Shown here: piece by piece, positions 54,560 through 64,000 of the stretch
How positions within the stretch are numbered: position 1 is the first letter of the stretch
Layout: each line of letters begins with the position of its first letter
From: Ophelia neglecta
Lineage: Eukaryota
Reading direction: 5' to 3'
DNA: 64,000 nucleotides
NCBI GenBank assembly: GCA_965285935.1
Contig: OZ260662.1
Span: 50,406,001-50,470,000, forward strand
Made by a program: the position numbers and the translations under genes
The notes under the pieces: generated by a model
The model's input: only the letters and a program-made list of their open reading frames with translations
Databases searched by the model: none
What the model was told of the DNA's origin: nothing

Positions 54560-57500
54560 GTGAGTAACTCTCTGATGTCCCAGATTTGGTTATTGTTTTA
54601 ATAAGAGCATAGAATGTGTCGGGAGGAATATAAGCATATTACATTATTAGATGTTTGCATCGCGGGTAGATCTCTGACAGTTTAGAAAGTGTTTGCTTTG
54701 TATTGTTACTGGCCGATAACAGCTGATTGACTGTAGGTAGGCTATAGGGCCTGCATACTATGCTTCAACCGTTCACGTAGGCCCATAGTGTATAGGTTAT
54801 TGGCCGGACGTTATTACCAATTAAGCATTGCAAGAAATAACATTTCAAGTATGCTTTTAAATCATTCAGTTAATGGAAACATCATATGCTTTTTACTATT
54901 ACAAGTTAGACCAAGCAATACATATATACATAAATGAAAGGACCCTACCCTACAACAGGCTATTTAAAGCTTTGAAACGTTGGAGTTATGGATAATTAAT
55001 CTTTCTCTAATCATATATGACCAAAAGACCATTCTTTCTTGTCTTGTTCACTATTTGGAAGCTCTCACTTTTAAAGTGAAAGTTTCCAGACACCTCAATT
55101 AATATTCACATACTTTTCAAATGGTCGTGTGACAAGGGAAATGTTGAGGGGTCTGACTGTGCATCTTTGACAATGAGATGCCAATGTTTGGTTAATTATT
55201 TCTTTTAGCACATATTTGTGAACTAAACTTGATTACCGTATAGGGTTGTCAGGTTCTGGTCATGGCAGATTACAGTCCATTTTGTTTGCAATGTCTTTTT
55301 TATTGGGTAAAAAATACCCCTGAAACAAAGTATAATCAAATGTAGGGGATTTTAAGATGTTGCGGGATAGAGGGGGGGGGGGTAAATTGCAGGGGTCCCT
55401 CGGTGAATGTGGCAGGCCCAAAAGGTGTGGAGCCCAGGGTGTTGGAGATGAGTGGCATTATAACCTGCTAAATCACTGTTAGCTGGCTGAAAGGCAACAC
55501 CCTGTCTGATTCAGGAGTGAGCTTCTCTTATTCCTGGAAGGTCATATCAGGCCTGTTCCAGGTTATCACCTCCATCTACCTGTGTCCCCTCCCCCTTCTT
55601 TGGGAAAGAAGGTCCAGCTTTTTGAAAGAACAAATACATCTGCAAAACAGATTGTTATTTGTCTTGTTATTTAGGGGGGCAAGGGGCTTGCCTCGAACCA
55701 CCACCATCCTCAAACCACCACCTGCCCCCACCCCCGCGCCATTCAAATGTGAGTGTTTAATGTTGAAACATCCCTTTCAGAGATGCTACTTAGCTGTGAA
55801 ACCATGCATGTGCATGTTCTTGTTTAGGATCGCTTCTATGACAATTGCAGTCTTAGCTGTTGCCATAAAATGCCATGCATCACCACAACAGTTGTTTGTA
55901 AACAAATTACTGTACCACACACAGTATTATCAATGATCTACAAGTAGGTTTGGAGATTTCTTTTTATTTGCACATCTTGAACTAGATGATATTGAGCTTA
56001 TCAATATCAAAGTCAATCAGATCAAACCTGGACGTGTGCCAAGTTTTTGATCTTGCTTAAGTGCTATATTTAATTATCAGCCAATTATCTTTAATATTAA
56101 TAATTAATGATTAGACATAAGTTGTAAGGCAATTGTATTTTATAAGCTGCCACAACTCAAGTTATTGTATCAGTCATGTTATTAATTAGCCCTTTAATAA
56201 CACGCAAGAAATCGCAAAAGGCCACTTAAATTTTTCCATGGTTGAATCACCCAGTCACTGTTGTAGTGCTGGAGTAATTGATGACTACACAACTTGTGAC
56301 TACTGTTTGACTGGTAAAAAGCAATAAGTGTCATGCTGTTTTCAAATGACATCGTTTTTTTACAGTCATATAAATTCCCATAAAACTATGTCCCTATTAT
56401 ATTAGCTGAATGCCTTATTTTGGTCATGATTTAGATGGATATACTAGTAATAATTATACTAGCAGTTTATAAATATCTAAACCACTGTTCCAGCTTTCAT
56501 TGCCGAAATAATGAGGTCCCCTGTTTAGTGACCTCCCTATTAAGGTCACCTGCACATTCCAGTGCCTTGACTGACCAGAATAGACAGGTTTCACTGTATA
56601 CATGTAAATGTATATGCTTAGGATTCCTTTGTGGCTTGGTCATTGATTTTGATTCACTTTGGCAGAGGTCTATTGGCAGCAGGGTTATTCATTGATAAGT
56701 CTACATTTGTCTTTTCGATGAGATCCCTGACCAAAAGTTTTGATATATTTTCTCAGCAACTGTTCCCCTTTTTCCCTCATTCCTTCACAATCTGGTGAAG
56801 TACAAAGTTTGCTGGTAATAATGAATTATAATGTTGTGATCTGCCCAGAGACTTAACCAATGGGGAGATGATGTTGTCTCTTCCTATTGGTCAGTGCCTC
56901 GTGATTGTAGGCCCTGGGAATGACGGTACTAAGGCTAACAGGTCACTGCGGTCAGGGAGTGGCAAGAGGTCTCCTGAGGACATGACTGGTGTCAAGGGCT
57001 TTGTTCCCTAAACATTGGCAACAAAATATTGATAATCTACATTCTAGCAAATGATAAAAAGCGAAATAAAACTAGATTATCAACTTTCCCAGGATACTAA
57101 GTGTTTTGATTCTTACATTTAGTTAATTCTGGTTAATTACTTGTTTGTTTTGTTTTATCATTCTGATAAAAAACAACATGCAAGTGAAGGTAGAGGATAT
57201 TACATTATAAGACCTGTCCCCCTTCATGTGTAAGACGAAGCAATAGCCTGTCCTTGTTTGATTCAAGTCCTCCAAGCCTCTTCAGGTCTCATTGGACTTT
57301 GACAAGTTTTTTTACCTCCTTTTCATTTCAATTGCTCTCCTGAATTAGGGGAGTCTACTTGCCTTGTTTGGTAGTTTTACTGCCAACATTGAGCTAACAC
57401 CTATTTTTCGTATTCAATAGATCACACATTTCGGTTGTGTTCAACACAGAGGTATGCACATGGCACACAGCCCATTATTGGCCACCACATAGTGATTACT

Positions 57501-57853
57501 TTAAGACACTTTATAAAGACCTTTGACTTGAGCTTGTAAAAACTAGTAATGGATAGACCACTGAATTATATGTCAGGCTTTGAATTTACTCCATCCGATT
57601 ATCTTTTTTTATGCATAAAAATTGACTGGAACCCAAGGTAATGGATTTCGAGTTCTCTAGAACACCTCATTTTCATAAAAATAGACATCATGAACCGCTT
57701 TTAAAACAAACAGGGCTAACCCTGACTGATACTTGGCAGTTTTTTCTGCAACAACCCAGACTGTGCCTATCTTGTATAATTACATTTTTTTTTCTCTATC
57801 TTTCCAGAGTAATAAATTGACTGCCTGTCCAGACATACCCAGTATATACCAAG

Positions 57854-60782
57854 ATGTCTGCCTCCTTCAGAAGCCTGCTCCTCCGGGGATGTCTGCTGTT
57901 TGCCGTCGGGGTATTTTTCGCCTATGTGCTTAACTTGCTGCAGGTCCAGCAACAGGTGACAGAGTTCCCACCCCAGCAGAGGGTGTTCCCCGACATGCTC
58001 GACAATATGTTCTGTATTGCATGGTGGGTGCCGCCAAGCTGTGGAACAGCTGCAGGTTTGTTTTAAATAGAATTGTTCGAAATACTGGTATTTCTAAAGA
58101 CGACGAGACATAATTAAATTTAACTGATATTTGTTGCAAAAATAGAAATTGATACTTATTGATTCATGTGGTTTCTTTTAAATATATAAAGTAATAATTT
58201 TTCTGTTTTTTTCTTGTTTCAGCTTTAATTGGCTTACTGTACCCCTTCTTTGACCTGAAGTTGGGTGAACCTCACAAGCACAAGAGAGAGTGGTCCAGTG
58301 TAATGAGATGTATAGCTGTCTTTGTAGGAATCAATCACGCTAGTGCCGTATCCTTCCCTTTAATCATACAATGATCAACACTTATCCCTGTTTTTATCAC
58401 AGAACATCATCTACCAGTTTCCCCTAAATTTCATAATTTTAATATTTCATTGTAATTGCTTTAAACCTATCAATTTATAACACCTGTACTAACTAGCTAG
58501 TTGAATATTTAAGAATCGTGCAACTGTAATTTGAGTGTCTATTTAACTGCACATTTTGGTTTAACCTAGAGTTCCACTCTGCCACTTGAGAATTATTCCT
58601 TGACAGAATTGTAGAAAATTGACTTTGATAATACCATGCAGCTGTCTCTAACATTGGCCGCCATGTCTATAGGACTGTGGTGGCTCTTTGATAGGTCCAG
58701 AAGTGGATTTGGTCTCGGAATCGGCATTGCCGTACTAGCTACTTTTGTCACACAACTGCTTGTGTATCATGGTGTTTACAGGTAAGATGACAAACAAATA
58801 TTTGATGCAAATACTGTAATCAACTAATTAAGCCTAAATTTAAAATTGAGCGTACAGTAAATTAAAGAAAGTTGGGCCATTTTCATGTACTTGTATTTGT
58901 GCAGAAAGTCGGACTTTTATACTCCTGTAATTACATGTAGCTTAGGACTGGTGAATTCTCTGCAAAGCCTTGTGCATTTACTGGTGTGTAATGTTAGGCA
59001 AGAATGTAATATGTTGCACATTTTGCTCATATTATGATCTGGCTGAATTGTAAAAAGTAGAAAAAAAAGTATACCAGCTGTGTACAAGTTGGAATTCTAC
59101 TCGAAAGCTATTGCAAATATGGCGGCGGATAATGGTGCTGTTCATTTGAATATCCATTGGATCATTCATTGGATTATCCAGTGGATTATCCAGCACTGGA
59201 TTATCCAGCACTGGATTTTCCAGCACTGGATTATCCAGCACTGGATTATCCAGCACTGGATTATCCAGTGGATTATCCAGTGGATTATCCAGTGGATTAT
59301 CCAGTGGATTATCCAGTGGATTATCCAAGCTAATGTGTGCACTTGATTCATTCCAAAGTACAAGCTTGCACATTAGTCAGTAGCACACTGCTGTCAGTTA
59401 GTTGCCTATGGTATTATAACTGTTGGGGTTTACAATGAGATGCTTGCCATGTGCAAAACTTATGTTCTTAATTGCACATGTGCAGATCTTGATTCTTTTT
59501 TAAGCTATACTTGGTTTTACAAGATATAAACTACTCCATGCTGATACTGCACAGATCATTTAAGGAAGAATTCAAAATGAAAGTGAAATCACCTCAATTA
59601 TTTCATTATATCCTTAGATTAATTGCATATCATGTATGTCCCAATAGTCAAATAAATTGTCTAAACCTAAAGTATATTGTTTGCCTTGCAGATATACCGC
59701 TCCAGATTTCCTATATGTCCGCTCCTGGCTCCCCTGTATATTCTTCTCTGGGGGTGTTACTATGGGCAACATAGGGAGACAGCTAGCTATGGTAAGTATA
59801 GAAACTTTACACTGTGAACTATCAACAGCTATTACCTACCCATGTATATAAATAAATATATATCATGCATATAATGTAGGTGTCTAGGTGGGTCATGTAA
59901 ACCACTTATAGTTGGGCCTTGCACTTCAAATTGGACAAGTAATGTGTGGAAAGATTTATTATGCCCAAACAAAGTTGGCTTTCATAAAACTGCTTGCAGA
60001 TATCTAATATTTAAGAAATTAAAAGTGTTGTACTTGAAGTCAAATTTGAAATCATTCAAAACATCTTGACTTGTACAAGTTTTCTGTTGGAGAATCCCAG
60101 TTTCATGTTTGAAAAGCGGCTATTCACTTTTCAAATTTTACTTCAAGTCTAGAACAATGTTGCCCTCTTTCAGATCCACTTTGCTTGTAAGCATAGTTTA
60201 AATGTTGATATCTCCGTGCCAAATCTCTGGGGGGGGGGGGGGGTATGCTATATAATCAGGCTGTATCCAACGTGGCACAGGGTTACTGTATAGCATGGTG
60301 TGATCAGATCATATGACTTGGTCTCGCTGTATGTCCATGGTGTACCTACAATACACACAAGGTTCATGGTGCACAAGCAATATGAATTAGTACATACTGT
60401 ATTTGTGTTGGCTGATTGGCTGGTACACTCTGAAACTATGTCAATCTTTTATCAAGTGTAATTGGTTGAGATCTTCACTTTTTTTAAAACAACAGTTTTG
60501 TAATTGCCTACATTCACAGTAGTTTCTTATCAGTGATGTTCATGCAGGGACTTGTTTTCATTAAAAAAAATTGTTGGTCTTCTGTAATAGTGTTTATCAG
60601 GAATTTGATGGGTATTCAATAAAGAAAATTAAGTGGGCTAGTTTTATTGAAGGAGTCTTCATTGAGTTTAAACATAACATTCCATTACATGTAACAGATG
60701 TTGATATTTTTTCCAGTATGACCATGTGAAGATACAAGTAATGGCTGGTGGAGCAGCAACAGGGAAAGAGCATATGGAATAG
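57854..60782 (+). CDS. INSIG: Insulin-induced gene protein (INSIG1/2 ortholog), 219 aa
   Basis: Exons: 57854-58055, 58223-58347, 58615-58781, 59692-59791, 60717-60782 (660 nt). Diagnostic sequences: [100 protein letters not shown]-terminal KEHME fits the KxHxx ER-retrieval motif. Confidence 0.97.
58348..58614 (+). other. U12-type (minor spliceosome) GT-AG intron in INSIG
   Basis: 5' splice site GTATCCTT at 58348. Branch-point consensus TTCCTTGAC at 58596-58604, about 10 nt before the AG at 58613-58614. No long pyrimidine tract. Confidence 0.92.
59170..59327. repeat. Minisatellite of 12-bp (TGGATTATCCAG) and 15-bp (TGGATTATCCAGCAC) units in an INSIG intron
   Basis: Directly visible. It explains the low-complexity LDNP/WIIQ ORFs in the ORF track. 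Confidence 0.95.
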
Positions 60783-63700
60783 ACTGTATCCTATCATGTC
60801 ATCAAATGTTCATCATAGGATTATCATCATTCATCATCATCATCGTGTTTTCATTGCCATTTGTTGACAATGAGCTCAAACTATGTCTTCAGACAGAATC
60901 TACATTGAGAGGACTTGCTCATATTCAACCTAGTTAGGAGGCCGGCTTCTTTTCATTTGCCATGGTCAGTGCACACACAGCTGCAGGAATTGATCCCCTC
61001 TTGTCGCTAGCTCAACCGGGGATAGAGACAATACTTTCTATGTAGTGCAAGACTGCCTTTGAGCATGGACTCGTAGGATTGTGTAGTGTGTGTAGATACT
61101 TGTGTGCGTTTACAAGCTGGACTGGATTCTATGATATTTTTTGTTTGCATGAAAATATACTCCAGGACAAATGATAAAAAGAAAGTTAAATTTTTCCAAT
61201 TAATTCAGAATTCTCTTTTGATATATCAAACTGTTTTTTCTTCCCTGGTGAGTGGAAAGGAAGAATCAAAGTATTAACTTTGAGCTCCATGCAAGCGAGC
61301 TCCTTTCCCTGCCGATCTCAGAAAAGGAACAGAGAATACAAGCTTCACAATGCTACACATATCAAGGTGTGTTAAAAAGTGTGATATCTGTTTAGTATGC
61401 CGATATAAATCAGTGTATGGTATGAACATGAATGACCTGAAAGTGAACTTAAAGTAAAATTGTGTGCTTGCACATGAATAAAAAAATATGTTCTACTGAA
61501 CCAATGAAGTATTCAAAGTTTTCATGTCCCTCTCAATTTTATCTTGATCCATGTTTAAAACCGCACAAGCAGTGAAAGGTGTGTAAGAGCTATGGCAGTA
61601 CTTGTGTACCTCATCAGCTCAGGAAGAAAACATTTTTTTGGAAGGTTTTAATACAATTAGCACTGCCTTATGTGTTAATGAATGTGGTTTTAAGATCCAA
61701 TGTTATATTATTTCAAAAATTGTATGATTCATCCATTATTATGTGTATTATTTTTAAAAACAGGTCATCTACCTGTATTATTTTGAAAGTGTGTGTGTTC
61801 TTTTTCGACCCAGTTTGTGTTTACATAACAGGGTAAGATAATGGTATGTTTGTTATTGTGAGTGGCTGCATTTTCTGATAGAATAGAATGTTAAGTAAAT
61901 GTATTTATGCGTGTCGGTAATGTTAACACCAGGCGATGGAAATTATGTTTTGAACTGGTAGTTTAACTAGGTATTATGGTACTGCTGTTTCTCAGTCGCC
62001 CAATAATCTCCCATGGTGAAAGTTCCAAATTTGTACCAGGTTTGACAATGCTGCATATTTCTGCTTGAAATGATTGAGAACATTGTATGATGATTCATCT
62101 GTGATCTGCGTTATTAATAAGTGATGTACAAAATCTTACGTGGATGAATGTGTTAAAATGCGGCTTTTCTGGATCTTGAAAATGCCTAGATATCTATATT
62201 CAAGTGAGCATTTGATTCCACAGTTTAATATACACTGTGATATTGATTCCACACAACAGGCGGGTCTGGTTTCCATGGATGTTGGTATGTAAAATTAGGA
62301 GTGAAGAATGCTGGAGAAATACACATGATACAGTCAAGCCCAACTGGTTGGATTTTTGTATTAAAAACAACACTACTGTGCTGCAGATAAAGTTTATTTA
62401 AAATAGTCTAACTGGTGCCCTTTGTGCCCAATCAGAAATTTGAATGGCTGCCAGGAAAGTGGCAAACCAGTATTGCTCACTGTAAAATGTGGCTAGAATG
62501 TATTTTATGCAACTAGGTTGTTCACCAGGTAGGACTGAATGTTACTTGTAACATTGTATCCAAACATCTTAAATAGCACATGTTGTGCACAGTGTGTATA
62601 CTTTCTCCCTAGAGGGATTTTAATCAAGATTTTATCCATTTGGGTCTTAGTGAAATAGTAACACCTAAAGCTCCACTTGTAGTTGAAAACGCCAGGATAA
62701 ATCTTTGTAATACTATATTTGCATTTATTGGTTTCTTTGTTTTTAAGTTGTAAGTTAAGTGAAGCCTGCTGGACTGATCCTTCTCCAAGTTAAGACAATG
62801 TAAATGGCAAGCCATCTTAATAAAGCTTCATCTGGCAATCTGGCTTTAGTAAAGAAGACTAAGTAACTGCAATACCCAGCTTAGTAAGGTATCTGATAAG
62901 GTATATAAAAAAAATATATATCTGATAAGCTAGTGATAAACCCAAGGTTGGCACACTGTAATGCTTCCAGCTTGTTCCATTTGGATACTGCCAGAGCCGC
63001 AACAAATCACTGGTAGATCCAGAGCCTAATCGTAGGAAATTGGTTTATTTAGAAACCTAAAAAGGTTTTAAAAGGGTGTGTCTAAACCTATTCACTGGCT
63101 TGAGCCTGTTATAGGATCTATGTAGTTCCCTAAACTAAGGTCGTGATAAAATATATCCAATATTTACTAGAATATAGGCAGAATTAGTGTATCAACTAGA
63201 TAATGATCATAAAAGGTTTCTTTCCCAGAGTTAAATGGTCCCAGTTTTATTAGGTAGCCAAGAGGATAGGACATCGAACAATTCTGGTTTTTGCCCCAAG
63301 CAGACCATGTGTGTTCAAAGATTCGGCATGCATGTGGAGTGTTTTTCATTGTGTTGTCGAGTATGGCTGAGAGGCACTCTAAGACTGAGAGATGAGCATT
63401 ATGGGTGTGCCTGGTTGTACCCATGTACTCCAGTTTTGTATATATGCAGAATTGTAATAAATGTACCCATGTATATATGGTATAAATATTTTTAATTTGT
63501 GTTTAATGATCAAAACACAAAAGAAATTTATGAAACTATGAAAATAAATATCAAAACATTTTAAGTGATGTATTGTTTATTTTATCTTAATTCTCCTTAA
63601 CATTTTTTTTTTGCATGATACCGTCTCGAGTGATTCGTGTAAGAGATGCGAGACCATGTAACGGTAAACAGTTGTCTTACATTACTATGTTCAAACTTTC

Positions 63701-64000
63701 CAACCTCTACATTATTTGTAGCCAATTCTAACTAATATCAATACAATAATTCTAATGATATTGCTCACATATACACTCTTATAGGATGTGGGGCACCTTA
63801 AAATTGATTATAATTCCTTAACTACTTACAAAATGACACACAGAGTACATACCATAAGACCTGCCAATTGCCTAGCAGTATCTACTACAATTAATTGGTA
63901 CCTATAACAAATAATATATCCAGACTACTACCAGGTTAAAAGAGGCCACAAGATTTCTTTCATTTAGTACAAAGTCATGTACTGCAGGGTCTAACGGTAA

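Noticed and set aside
59170-59327. CRISPR-like appearance of palindromic repeats
   Set aside because: No unique spacers, eukaryotic intron, no cas genes.
59032-59373. ORFs with LDNP and WIIQ repeats
   Set aside because: Translations of an intronic minisatellite whose unit lengths are multiples of 3; no gene context.
1-64000. tRNA, rRNA or snRNA genes
   Set aside because: No convincing cloverleaf or conserved RNA signature seen by eye; a covariance-model scan was not possible.

Overview
AT-rich genomic DNA from an invertebrate animal (spliceosomal introns, SINE/LINE/TIR elements, one 130-N gap), so most of the ORF track is noise; the genes had to be assembled exon by exon. (1) Minus strand, 184-25003: a tandem array of three six-TM glycerophosphodiester phosphodiesterase genes of the GDPD4/GDPD5 (GDE2/3/6) type. 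Copy B (14230-25003) is complete, about 520 aa, but has HRG changed to HGG. Copy A (5050-10404) keeps HRG but has lost coding exons 1-2 by deletion. Copy C shows only its first three exons and runs off the left edge. (2) Plus strand, 34789-49124: an 11-exon, 523-aa patatin phospholipase of the bacterial-like ExoU/VipD type, with an N-terminal MG, a Cys string and a C-terminal ETPV. (3) Plus strand, 57854-60782: INSIG (219 aa) with a U12-type intron, a KxHxx tail and an SRE/NF-Y-like promoter. Mobile elements include several TIR elements (one with a THAP remnant, two apparently identical 517-bp MITEs), LINE fragments and a SINE. The palindrome TAGGCCTA is strongly over-represented. All coordinates were read by hand and no database search was run.
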